DNA from: a candidate division WOR-3 bacterium
GTDB taxonomy: Bacteria; Hydrothermota; Tepidihabitantia; SM23-42; JAOAFX01
DNA: 64,000 bases
Assembly: GCA_037444665.1 (NCBI GenBank)
Contig: JBBILZ010000004.1
Coordinates: forward strand, 11,746 to 75,745
Reading direction: 5' to 3'
Below are positions 41,430 to 50,676 of this stretch, piece after piece (the first letter of the stretch is position 1; each line of letters starts with the position of its first letter). Below the pieces are notes generated by a model. That model made no database searches and was not told where the DNA came from. It saw only the letters and a program-made list of their open reading frames with translations. Both the position numbers and the translations under genes were made by a program.

Positions 41430-42419
41430 TTATTTTTGGTCTTTTAAGTACTTATCAAAAAACCCAAGCACCCTTTCAAAGAATTCCGGATAGTTAACAA
41501 ATTCTGGACCATTAATTCCGCCGTGCTCAGCTCCTGGTACTATCCATAATTCTTTTGGTCCTTTTAGTTTTTTCGCCACCTTTTCTGACATCCATACCGG
41601 TGTCCGATTATCTTTTTCACCAACAATCAAAAATACTGGAATTGTTATCTTCTCTGCTGCATTGATGGGTAATAATTCTTCTGGATAATCTTCAGGGATT
41701 ACAAAATTTCTTTCGGGTAAAGATTTCTTAAGAACTGCTAAGAGTTCCTCAAATGAACTCATCAATGCCCTGCCCGCATAAGCAGCAATGCCATTTCTCT
41801 TTGCGATAATGGCAAAAGAGAGATAAGCTCCTGTTGAAAAACCCATAACTCCAATTCTTGTAGTATCAACTTCTAACCTCTGTTTCACATAATCAATCGC
41901 TGCATCATAATCAGTAATAAATTCGGTGCAGCATAAACGTTCCGGGTTTATTTGCCAGTCAGCACTCACACCAAAACCACGCCAGTCAAAGAGAAATACA
42001 TTGTAGCCTTTTGTAAAAAAATGGTAGGCATAAAAGATAAACTGGGTCATATTCCCTGCATCGCCACCACAGATAATCAGCGTGGGCCTTCGGGAATCAT
42101 CCATAGTTTGATATTCACGCGGTGCTGGTTTTAATTCATTTGGAACCGGCACCATTCTGCCGATGATGGAATTGGCAATGCCTGCCGTCTCCTGGGCAGG
42201 GATAAACCATCCTCTCAAATTTAGACTATCAGATGTGAGAAACTCAACCTCCTGATAAATTATCCCATAATCTGAAGGTATCGCCTTATACTCTCGCTCT
42301 GGTTTGAGTGCGTATGAGGGGAAAAAAACAAATAATAGCAATACTAAATATAATGCATATTGTTTAAAACACATATCAGTTCTTAATTGTGGTAGAGTAA
42401 ACATCAAACCTCCTTTCAC
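41430..42419 (-). CDS. Secreted alpha/beta hydrolase (dienelactone hydrolase/peptidase S9-like)
   Basis: It has a signal peptide and the GFSTGAY nucleophile elbow. Confidence 0.6.
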   Translation of the reverse strand: MKGGLMFTLPQLRTDMCFKQYALYLVLLLFVFFPSYALKPEREYKAIPSDYGIIYQEVEFLTSDSLNLRGWFIPAQETAGIANSIIGRMVPVPNELKPAPREYQTMDDSRRPTLIICGGDAGNMTQFIFYAYHFFTKGYNVFLFDWRGFGVSADWQINPERLCCTEFITDYDAAIDYVKQRLEVDTTRIGVMGFSTGAYLSFAIIAKRNGIAAYAGRALMSSFEELLAVLKKSLPERNFVIPEDYPEELLPINAAEKITIPVFLIVGEKDNRTPVWMSEKVAKKLKGPKELWIVPGAEHGGINGPEFVNYPEFFERVLGFFDKYLKDQK

Positions 42420-42460
42420 CCCATCCCTGAAATAAATTTAGGACATGTTCTCTTTTTAAT

Positions 42461-42476
42461 GTTACAAAAACTTTTG
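42461..42476. promoter_or_regulatory. Third operator-like palindrome TTGTCAAATTGACCA, upstream of the alpha/beta hydrolase gene
   Basis: It is related to TTGGTCAATTGACCAA at 32541. Confidence 0.3.
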
Positions 42477-42500
42477 TCAAATTGACCATTAGAATCTATC

Positions 42501-43115
42501 CTAAGATACATTCGTGGTTTGTGTCTTCCTATATGAATACATCAACAAAAGGAGCCAGGCACCATATATGAGACCAGCAGCTATTGTTAAAAAACCGATT
42601 ATTCTTACAAAACTGGCAATCACGATATCCATAGTCAGAAGTCCTAATTTACCGAGGAGATAGTTCCAATCATGGGTTATCGGTCCTGTGACACCAAAAA
42701 GTGTTACTAAAGGTAATTCCATTGTCCGCGCATCCGCAATATAATTGGCAACACCGAAAAAATTCGTTGCCAGCCAGACAAGGGCGACCGAAATCGCAAA
42801 GAAATCACGCTGATGATAAAACATAATTATACCGATTACCGGAATCAAACATTGCAAAAATGAACCACCGAGCGTGCAGATAAAATTACCAAAGAGTGCA
42901 AAGACAAGGTGACCGAGTTCATGAATACAAAGATTTAATGGAGCAAATATACCTTGATTATCAAAGCCGGGTATATTACGCACAAAGAGATAAAAAAGAT
43001 AAAGGTAGAGTAAGAACCGGAGTTGCCAGCGCCGACCCAGACACCAATTTTTGGACTTCTGGAGGAAACGGAACAAAAAATCACTAACATGTGCTTTCAA
43101 CCCCACAGATTCCAA
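42501..43115 (-). CDS. Small polytopic membrane protein with an HExxH motif (putative intramembrane zinc metallopeptidase-like)
   Basis: HELGH lies within a TM segment. Confidence 0.3.
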   Translation of the reverse strand: MESVGLKAHVSDFLFRFLQKSKNWCLGRRWQLRFLLYLYLFYLFVRNIPGFDNQGIFAPLNLCIHELGHLVFALFGNFICTLGGSFLQCLIPVIGIIMFYHQRDFFAISVALVWLATNFFGVANYIADARTMELPLVTLFGVTGPITHDWNYLLGKLGLLTMDIVIASFVRIIGFLTIAAGLIYGAWLLLLMYSYRKTQTTNVS

Positions 43116-43237
43116 GTGCCTCCTTTAAATCATTTCAGTTGTTCGGACAGGGACGAGCCCTGTCCCTACATTATAACATATCGTCGCCTATGGGACGGTC
43201 AAGAATCCCGTCTTCGGCATTCGTTAAAGGGAAAGGG

Positions 43238-43627
43238 TCATTTAGTATATTTCCGTAATGCATCTTTTATCATTCTTTTGGATGGATATGGATACTGTTT
43301 TCCTTTGTAATAATAAATTCGGCAACCACAACTGCATTCCTGTTTTACAAATTCAGTGGTCTGTTTGCTTTTTGAAAGTTCTTCGCAAGGTAGACATCGT
43401 GCCTTATCTATTGTCTCCTGAATATCTTCTCCATTTATCCTGATTGTAGGTGAACCGACAAATTTATATTTTTTTGCCTTTGCTGCAGTGTCTATCAAGA
43501 TTTCTTTAATTTCTGATTTTATATTGAGTTCTTTCAAAGATTCCTTGAGCAATTTCTTTGTTATTAAACACCAGGGGCAATCAAGAATATAAAGATATTC
43601 AATTTTTAATGAAGGTTTTTTTCTCAT
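43238..43627 (-). CDS. Thioredoxin-fold protein with a CPWC motif and a Cys-rich C-terminus
   Basis: It carries LDCPWC near the N-terminus and CSCGC near the C-terminus. Confidence 0.4.
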   Translation of the reverse strand: MRKKPSLKIEYLYILDCPWCLITKKLLKESLKELNIKSEIKEILIDTAAKAKKYKFVGSPTIRINGEDIQETIDKARCLPCEELSKSKQTTEFVKQECSCGCRIYYYKGKQYPYPSKRMIKDALRKYTK

Positions 43628-43645
43628 AATTCTCCTAAAGTTATG

Positions 43646-44818
43646 CTATCCTATTCTTTTCAATGCCTGTTCAAGGTCGGCAATCAAATCATCAACATTT
43701 TCAATACCTACTGACATACGCACAAATCCTGGATTTATTCCCGCCTTTACCAACTCCTCTTCAGTATATGTGGAATGGGTCATTGATGCAGGATGCTCAA
43801 TAAGGGTATCTGTATCACCGAGGCTTACTGCAAGGGTGAATAATTTGATTGAATTCATAAGAATTTTTCCTGCCTCTTTTCCACCCTTTAAATCAAATCC
43901 TAACATACCACCAAATGCCCGCATCTGCTTTTTGGCAATATTATGACCAGGATGGTCTTCAAGACCAGGATAATAGACCTTCTCTACCTTGGGATGGCTT
44001 TTCAAAAATCGTGCGATTGCCATAGCGTTTTCACAATGTCTCTCCATCCGCACTGCCAATGTTCTCAGACCCCGTAAAATCAGCCAGGCATTCACCGGTG
44101 AAATACAGCCGCCAACATCCTTTGCAATTCCATCCCCCATTACTTTTATCAAATCTTTTTTCCCGACAACTATTCCACCAATCAAATCTCCATGGCCACC
44201 AAGATACTTTGTTGCGGAATGCAATACTATATCCGCGCCAAGTTCTATTGGTCTTTGCAGATATGGTGTGGCAAATGTGTTATCCACACAGAGTAAAATT
44301 TTATGTTTATGCGCAATGCCGGCTATTTTGGCGATATCATTTATTTTTAAAGTGGGATTGGCTGGTGATTCAATGAGAATCATTTTTGTTTTTGGCTGGA
44401 TGGTTGATTCAATCTCCTTTTCGTCGGTGGTGTCCACAAAAGTAGTAGTAATTCCTATGCGCGGTAAGACATTTTGAAAAAGGGCATAAGTGCCGCCATA
44501 GATTACCTTATCACATAAAATATGCTCCCCATTTTTGCAAACGGTGAGCACCGTGGCAAATATTGCTGCCATACCTGAGGCAAATGCCAATCCTGCCTCA
44601 GCTGACTCAAGTAGAGCCATCTTTTGTGCCAGTAAATTAATGGTTGGATTACCCAAACGGGTATAAATATATCCTTCTTCTTCTTGTTTAAATAATCGTG
44701 CACCGTGATCAACATCTTTAAAAACAAATGTAGATGTCATATAAATTGGCGGAACATGGGCACCAGTCTTTTCATCGTGATGCACACCACCATGCACGAT
44801 ATTCGTCTCTATGTGCAT
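43646..44818 (-). CDS. PLP-dependent Cys/Met metabolism enzyme (methionine gamma-lyase / cystathionine gamma-synthase family)
   Basis: It carries the HSATKYLGGHGD PLP-lysine motif. Confidence 0.75.
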   Translation of the reverse strand: MHIETNIVHGGVHHDEKTGAHVPPIYMTSTFVFKDVDHGARLFKQEEEGYIYTRLGNPTINLLAQKMALLESAEAGLAFASGMAAIFATVLTVCKNGEHILCDKVIYGGTYALFQNVLPRIGITTTFVDTTDEKEIESTIQPKTKMILIESPANPTLKINDIAKIAGIAHKHKILLCVDNTFATPYLQRPIELGADIVLHSATKYLGGHGDLIGGIVVGKKDLIKVMGDGIAKDVGGCISPVNAWLILRGLRTLAVRMERHCENAMAIARFLKSHPKVEKVYYPGLEDHPGHNIAKKQMRAFGGMLGFDLKGGKEAGKILMNSIKLFTLAVSLGDTDTLIEHPASMTHSTYTEEELVKAGINPGFVRMSVGIENVDDLIADLEQALKRIG

Positions 44819-44967
44819 AAAAACCTCCTATCAAGAAAACCCAAATCCCAAATAGCAAATCCCAAACAAGCTCCAATATGCAAACTATTAACAAAAGAAT
44901 AATTTGATCTCTTGAAATTTCTCCTAATCGCGACCTTCTCAAACAAATTTCCTGATACAGTCATAAA

Positions 44968-45273
44968 TTATCCAATCTTCAACATTGCTCTATCTATCTT
45001 ATATTTTTCGCAGATACGTTCAATCACTGAATCAGGGACCTGTGCACCAATTCGCTCATATCTTTCGTATTCTTTTTTAGTCAACCCTATCGATTTCGCA
45101 AACTCCCCGGTTGACATTTGTAATTCTGTCCTGAATCTCCACAGTCTCTGTGGTGTTCCGTCGCGATTACATTTAATATCCTCCCAATATCTAATCTTCT
45201 CGGGCGGATAGTATTTTTTGATGAACATTAACATCTGATATGAATTAATCAGCCGCTGTTTATAAATATTCAT
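44968..45273 (-). CDS. XRE-family helix-turn-helix transcriptional regulator
   Basis: It carries an HTH_3-like segment (TGEFAKSIGLTKKEYERYE). Confidence 0.55.
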   Translation of the reverse strand: MNIYKQRLINSYQMLMFIKKYYPPEKIRYWEDIKCNRDGTPQRLWRFRTELQMSTGEFAKSIGLTKKEYERYERIGAQVPDSVIERICEKYKIDRAMLKIG

Positions 45274-45743
45274 AATTCTTTTAAATTCTTGACATCCCTT
45301 ATATCAATATCGCGACCCGCCCTGCTCTTTATTCTTATGAGTTCATCCTTGTCTATAACTTCAAACTTGACCCCTTCTATCTCAATCTTAACCTTTTTTA
45401 ACTTATCATAGTCGTAAATTAAAACGACATCAAGATTGAAAGCATTTTTTTGGTCTCTGAAATTGATTACCCCGGCATTCTTTTTTCTTATCCACTCACT
45501 CCTTTTCTTCTTATCCGATAGTTCTAATGGATTGATGGGAACAAGGGGTGAAAGATGAAACTCCTTGAGGATTTTGTTGAATTTCTTTACATTGGATGGT
45601 GAAAATTGCAGGACAATATCAAGGTCAAAGGTTGCCCTGGGAACACCATGGATAATTGCTGCCACTCCTCCTACAACTGCATATTTTATCTTCGCTTCGC
45701 TGAGCCTTCTGATAATTGCAAAGAATGGTGGAAGCATACCCAT
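45270..45743 (-). CDS. Minimal nucleotidyltransferase-fold protein (toxin-antitoxin-associated type)
   Basis: It carries GG.AA.IHG..R.T.D.D. Its stop overlaps the HTH gene start by 4 nt. Confidence 0.4.
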   Translation of the reverse strand: MGMLPPFFAIIRRLSEAKIKYAVVGGVAAIIHGVPRATFDLDIVLQFSPSNVKKFNKILKEFHLSPLVPINPLELSDKKKRSEWIRKKNAGVINFRDQKNAFNLDVVLIYDYDKLKKVKIEIEGVKFEVIDKDELIRIKSRAGRDIDIRDVKNLKEL

Positions 45744-45744
45744 T

Positions 45745-46584
45745 TTATTCTTCAGTAAGTTCAATCAATACACCACCTGCGGTCTGGGGATGGATAAAGG
45801 CAATCTTTTTGCCCATTGCACCCTTGCGGGGTTTTTCATCTATCAATTTCACACCAGATTTTTTTAACTCTTCCAGTACCTCTTCAATATTCTCAACTGC
45901 AAAGGCAATGTGGTGCAAGCCCTCTCCCCTTTTTTCAATAAATTTGGCAACCGTGCTCTCTGGATTCAATGGTTCAAGTAATTCAATATGTGTATCACCG
46001 ATTTCCAGCATTGCAACCTTTACTTTTTGCGCAGGAACTTCTTCTATGGTAAGCAGGGTCAATCCTAAAACATCCTGCCAGAACTTGAGACTCTCGGTGA
46101 TGCTCTTTACTGCGATGGCGATATGGGACAAAAAATAGTAAGTAGTATAAGGTTTCTGGGCATAGCGGCCAGTATGGTCATTAGGCGTGGTCTTATGTTT
46201 CCGGTATTTGAAATTATCCCAGGCCTGAGCCAAATTAAACAATTGACGTGCACATATATCATAGACTTTTATTAGTCTCTCACAAGTTTCTACTTCAATA
46301 TGGTAGATATCCTTGATATGTTCTAAACTTACAATAGTTTCGTTGCACTCTGCCATAGCATCATCAAGATATTTTTGAAATCCAGACTTCTGATGCTTTT
46401 TTGCAAAGCCTTCACTTATTAAACGGGGGATCGCCTTTGACGACCTACTTAATTGCTCGTAGAGATCATATTTTTCACTTGCTGGCAACTTCGGTAAGAT
46501 AACTCTTGCAATCTCAATAGATGCCCGATATGCATTTTGAAAAACTTCCAAATCACGGAAACTCCGTATAGGCTTTTTATTCAT
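45745..46584 (-). CDS. In-frame fusion ORF of a four-helix-bundle protein (23S rRNA intervening-sequence protein family) and methylmalonyl-CoA epimerase (VOC fold)
   Basis: The N-terminal ~125 aa ([22 protein letters not shown]...) are four-helix-bundle-like. The C-terminal ~135 aa ([10 protein letters not shown]...[10 protein letters not shown]...GGVLIELTE) are MCE. The linker is encoded by the inverted-repeat arm. Confidence 0.6.
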   Translation of the reverse strand: MNKKPIRSFRDLEVFQNAYRASIEIARVILPKLPASEKYDLYEQLSRSSKAIPRLISEGFAKKHQKSGFQKYLDDAMAECNETIVSLEHIKDIYHIEVETCERLIKVYDICARQLFNLAQAWDNFKYRKHKTTPNDHTGRYAQKPYTTYYFLSHIAIAVKSITESLKFWQDVLGLTLLTIEEVPAQKVKVAMLEIGDTHIELLEPLNPESTVAKFIEKRGEGLHHIAFAVENIEEVLEELKKSGVKLIDEKPRKGAMGKKIAFIHPQTAGGVLIELTEE

Positions 46585-46634
46585 AAGAAATAAACCTATA
46601 ACCTAAAACCATACTGGCAGCTATGCCCAATAAC
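46150..46634 (-). mobile_element. IVS-like element: near-perfect inverted repeats of about 28 bp flanking the four-helix-bundle ORF
   Basis: Arm 46150-46178 (rc gaccatactggccgctatgccca) and arm 46606-46634 (accatactggcagctatgccca) match at 21 of 23 positions. Degenerate empty copies lie at 35003 and 38646. Confidence 0.5.
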
Positions 46635-46643
46635 CATAAACCA

Positions 46644-47939
46644 CTATAACAATTTTCTCTTCTTTGCTTCTTCTTCAAGCCAGGGGCGGAATTTAGGATG
46701 AGCAATATTAATCAATGCTTCTGCACGCTGACGAAGATTTTTCCCATGAAGATAGGCAACCCCATATTCTGTAACAACATAATGAACATCCGCCCGTGTC
46801 GTTACTACACCAGCACCAACTTGAAGTGTTGGGACAATCTTTGAAAGTGTATCATTCTTTGCAGTTGAGGGTAAGGCGATTATTGGTTTTCCGCCTTTTG
46901 CCTGGGCAGCACCACGGATAAAGTCAACTTGACCACCAAATCCAGAATAGATTTTTGTGCCAATTGAGTCTGAACAGACCTGGCCTGTAATATCAACCTC
47001 AATCGCCGAGTTTATTGCTATCATCTTGTCATTGCGTGCGACCACAACAGGATGATTAGTATAGTTGGTAGGATGGGTCTCAAAGATAGGATTATTATCA
47101 ATAAATTCATAAAGCCTTTTAGTGCCAAGATAGAATGTTGCCACAACTTTATAGGGATGGAGTGTCTTTTTTGCACCAGTGATAACTCCTGCCTCAATAG
47201 CCTCCATTATACTATCTGATACCATCTCAGTATGCACACCCAAATCCCTCTTGTCAAACATTGCTTTCAATGCCGCATTTGGTATACCGCCAATTCCCAG
47301 TTGCAAAGTAGAACCATCTTCAACTAAATTGGCAATATATGAACCAATCTTTTTCTCAACTTCAGTGAATGGTATACTTTCAAGTTCAGGTAAATCCGCA
47401 TTAACCTCAACTATCTTATGAACCCTGGAAATATGAATAAACGAATCACCCAGGGTGCGGGGCATCTTCTCGTTCACCTGGGCAATGACAATCTTTGCAG
47501 TCTCAGCCGCTGCCTTTGATGAAAGGCATTCAACACCAAAACTCATAAAACCATGTTCATCTGGTGGTGAAAGATGCAAAAACGCAACATCAATAGGTAA
47601 TAAACCAGAATAGAATAAATCTGGTATTTCATACAAAAATACGGGTATATAATCAGCGCGCCCGTCATTTACTGCCGCACGATCACCCGGACCAACAAAC
47701 AAAGAGTTGTGTCTGAAATGCCCTTCCATACCTGGTTTTGACAATGGGTCATCGCCAAAAAGTAAAACATGTGTCACCTCAACATTCTTCAATTCATCCT
47801 TGCGTGTAGCAAGTGCCTGGGTAAGGGTCATTGGTGTCGCCGCATTCCCGCTTATGTAAATTCGGTCGTTACTCTTTACTACAGATACTGCTTCTTCAAT
47901 TGAACATTTTTTCTTTTTATATTCATCAAACCAGGTCAT
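46644..47939 (-). CDS. Acetyl-CoA hydrolase/transferase family protein (4-hydroxybutyrate or succinyl-CoA:acetate CoA-transferase-like)
   Basis: It has the two-domain CoA-transferase layout, 431 aa. Confidence 0.7.
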   Translation of the reverse strand: MTWFDEYKKKKCSIEEAVSVVKSNDRIYISGNAATPMTLTQALATRKDELKNVEVTHVLLFGDDPLSKPGMEGHFRHNSLFVGPGDRAAVNDGRADYIPVFLYEIPDLFYSGLLPIDVAFLHLSPPDEHGFMSFGVECLSSKAAAETAKIVIAQVNEKMPRTLGDSFIHISRVHKIVEVNADLPELESIPFTEVEKKIGSYIANLVEDGSTLQLGIGGIPNAALKAMFDKRDLGVHTEMVSDSIMEAIEAGVITGAKKTLHPYKVVATFYLGTKRLYEFIDNNPIFETHPTNYTNHPVVVARNDKMIAINSAIEVDITGQVCSDSIGTKIYSGFGGQVDFIRGAAQAKGGKPIIALPSTAKNDTLSKIVPTLQVGAGVVTTRADVHYVVTEYGVAYLHGKNLRQRAEALINIAHPKFRPWLEEEAKKRKLL

Positions 47940-49024
47940 ACTAAATACTCCTTTTTAATATCACCTTTCTCTGCATATAGTCCATTGGCAAAATCGGGCA
48001 TTTCTTTAAGGGCTGATTCAAAACCCAGCTCAGCAATAACACGGAGATATGGAAAGATTCCTGAAGAAATTGCATGTGTTGCAGTGCGCGCAACCAATGT
48101 TGTAGCATTCGGCATACAGAAATGGACAACGCCATCAATTGAATAAATAAATCGTCCGGTCGGCGTGATCTTCGCAGTCTCTATGGAACCACCCTGGTCA
48201 ATATCAAAATCAATAATCACCGAGCCCTTCTTCATTGTCTTTACCATATCTGAGGTAACTAATACGGGCGTCCTTTTGCCAGGCACGAGGACTGCGCCAA
48301 TCACAACATCAGCAAATCTTACGAGTTTCTCAAGATTATGCCTTGTGGAGAACATCGTGGTAATTCTGGTACCTATTGTATGACACATCAGGTTATCAAG
48401 TTTATCCCTTACCACATCAACAATATAGACATTGGCACCAAGCGAGGCAAAACTGATTGCTGCATTTGAACCAAGTGTGCCGCAACCTAAAATCACAACC
48501 TCTGCTGAAGGTATACCTGGTAAACCACCAAGCAAAATTCCCCTACCACCACCAGGTGATTCCAGGAGTCTACCCGCAAGTTGAACTGAAAGTTTCCCTG
48601 CCATCTCACTCATCGGTATTACAATAGATCGGAAGAGCTCTTCGCGCTGGACGATTTCGTATCCCACAAGTGTAATCTTCTTTTCCCTTATTACCTGAAA
48701 AAACTCTTTTGTTGCGGTTACAAGGTGCATAAACCCCATTATTATCTGTCCATCTTTTATTAAAGAGTATTCTTCTTGCTGGGGTCTGCGAACTTTAAGC
48801 ACAATATCAGCACGGCGATATGCCTCTTCTTTTGAATATACTATCTCTGCACCAGCCTTTATATATTCTTCATCAGTAAATCCTGCACCCTCACCCGCAC
48901 CGGTTTCCACATAAACCTTTGCTCCATAAATGAGCAATTCTTTTACCGCCATCGGTGAAAAACCAACTCTATATTCAGGAACTTCTTTGAATGGCGGTAA
49001 TTCTCTTGGTATTCCAAAATTCAT
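47936..49024 (-). CDS. ald: Alanine dehydrogenase / PNT family NAD(P)-binding protein
   Basis: It has the AlaDH/PNT N- and C-terminal domains and a GxGxxG motif (ILGCGTLG). Confidence 0.7.
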   Translation of the reverse strand: MNFGIPRELPPFKEVPEYRVGFSPMAVKELLIYGAKVYVETGAGEGAGFTDEEYIKAGAEIVYSKEEAYRRADIVLKVRRPQQEEYSLIKDGQIIMGFMHLVTATKEFFQVIREKKITLVGYEIVQREELFRSIVIPMSEMAGKLSVQLAGRLLESPGGGRGILLGGLPGIPSAEVVILGCGTLGSNAAISFASLGANVYIVDVVRDKLDNLMCHTIGTRITTMFSTRHNLEKLVRFADVVIGAVLVPGKRTPVLVTSDMVKTMKKGSVIIDFDIDQGGSIETAKITPTGRFIYSIDGVVHFCMPNATTLVARTATHAISSGIFPYLRVIAELGFESALKEMPDFANGLYAEKGDIKKEYLV

Positions 49025-49034
49025 TGAGCCTCCT

Positions 49035-50666
49035 CTAAATATTTCTGTTCAAAGACCTTATCCTGGGCACATTTCGTATTGCCTCTTCAATCATAAATCC
49101 TGACAGGATAAGCAAAATTATAGAAATTGCGCCCAGCATAATTTTTTGTGCAGATAAAAACTTAATTGTTTGTAGCACTAATGATACAATGGTAACTACA
49201 AGCATAAATATTGCCGGAATTAATGTATACAAAGTTGTTTTTTTTCTGCTCATAAGCCAGGTTGTAACAACCAGCAATGCTAAAGCAGCAACGAGCTGAT
49301 TAGATGCACCAAATACAGGCCAGATACTCTGCCATGGTCCTAAAGCGAGATAGGTTGCCAACCCAATGACGACCAAACTATTTATATATATATTTTTCAT
49401 AAACCCGATCCTGAACCGCTCACCAAAAAGTTCGGTGCCAATATAACGGGTAATCCTTGTTGCTGTGTCCAGAGTTGTGACAATAAATGTTTTGAGCATT
49501 GTAATACCAATAAACATTCCTAAAAAACCAAGCAGTGGCTTTGTAATCTCACCATATCCTTTTCCAAATGCTACAATCCAGTTACCACCTTTTATCAATT
49601 CCGGATAGACAAAGCCTTCTGGACCTCCAAACCAGTAAAGACCAGCACAGACCGAAATCACTGCGAGCACGCTCAAGACACCTTCGGTGATCATTGCACC
49701 ATAACCAACCCTCTTCGCATCCCTTTCATTGTTCAACTGTTTTGATGTGGTTCCACTGGCAACAAGGGAATGGAAACCTGATATTGCACCACAGGCGATC
49801 GTAACAAACATCATCGGAAATAAAAGACCTTCGCTTCCGGGAAAACTTACAAATGCCGGTGTTTTAATAACCGGATGGGTAATGATTATTCCGATATATC
49901 CCACAATCAGTCCAAAGAACAAAACAAAAAACGAAAGATAATCCCTGGGTTGTAGTATAATATTTACGGGCAGGATAGAGGCAGTATATGCATAGGCAAT
50001 CAAAAGCGTAAAGAGCCAGCCATGATAGGTCCATTTTATCGGTAAATACCAGCCAAGAAGAATGAGTCCGCATAAAATTAGTATACCAACAACTGTTGCA
50101 GTAATTGAGTTCACACGCCAGCGATAGAGCATAAGACCTGTAAGAATTGCTGTTGGAATAATACCGAATGTTGGAATGACAATCTCGGGCGTGGTTTCAA
50201 GGGTCTTCGCAGCAGAGGCAGCGAACACTGCAATAACCAGAATTAGAGAGAGCCAGATAAAAAGCGAAAATATTATCTTTGCCCTTACGCCCATTGTCGT
50301 TTCAGTGGTATCACCGATAGAACGGCCATCGCTTCTAATTGAAACCATCAAACTTGAAAAATCATGTATACCACCAATAAAGATTGAACCAAAGATTATC
50401 CAGAGTATTGCCGGACCCCAACCCCATATTGCACAGGCTATAACCGGACCAAGAATTGGTCCCGCACCCGCAATAGAAGAAAAATGGTGGCCAAATAAAA
50501 CTAACCAGTTCTTTGCCGGTACATAATCAACACCATCATATTTATAATGTGCTGGTGTCTTATTTTGTGGGTTAACATCAAATAATCTTTCAATTATTCT
50601 GCCATAATAACGATAACCAAGCATAAAGAGCAGAATGGCAAAGAATGCAATAAAAAGAGAATTCAT
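49035..50666 (-). CDS. cstA: Carbon starvation protein A family transporter
   Basis: It has a polytopic CstA N-terminal signature. Confidence 0.8.
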   Translation of the reverse strand: MNSLFIAFFAILLFMLGYRYYGRIIERLFDVNPQNKTPAHYKYDGVDYVPAKNWLVLFGHHFSSIAGAGPILGPVIACAIWGWGPAILWIIFGSIFIGGIHDFSSLMVSIRSDGRSIGDTTETTMGVRAKIIFSLFIWLSLILVIAVFAASAAKTLETTPEIVIPTFGIIPTAILTGLMLYRWRVNSITATVVGILILCGLILLGWYLPIKWTYHGWLFTLLIAYAYTASILPVNIILQPRDYLSFFVLFFGLIVGYIGIIITHPVIKTPAFVSFPGSEGLLFPMMFVTIACGAISGFHSLVASGTTSKQLNNERDAKRVGYGAMITEGVLSVLAVISVCAGLYWFGGPEGFVYPELIKGGNWIVAFGKGYGEITKPLLGFLGMFIGITMLKTFIVTTLDTATRITRYIGTELFGERFRIGFMKNIYINSLVVIGLATYLALGPWQSIWPVFGASNQLVAALALLVVTTWLMSRKKTTLYTLIPAIFMLVVTIVSLVLQTIKFLSAQKIMLGAISIILLILSGFMIEEAIRNVPRIRSLNRNI

Positions 50667-50676
50667 TCAGCCTCCT

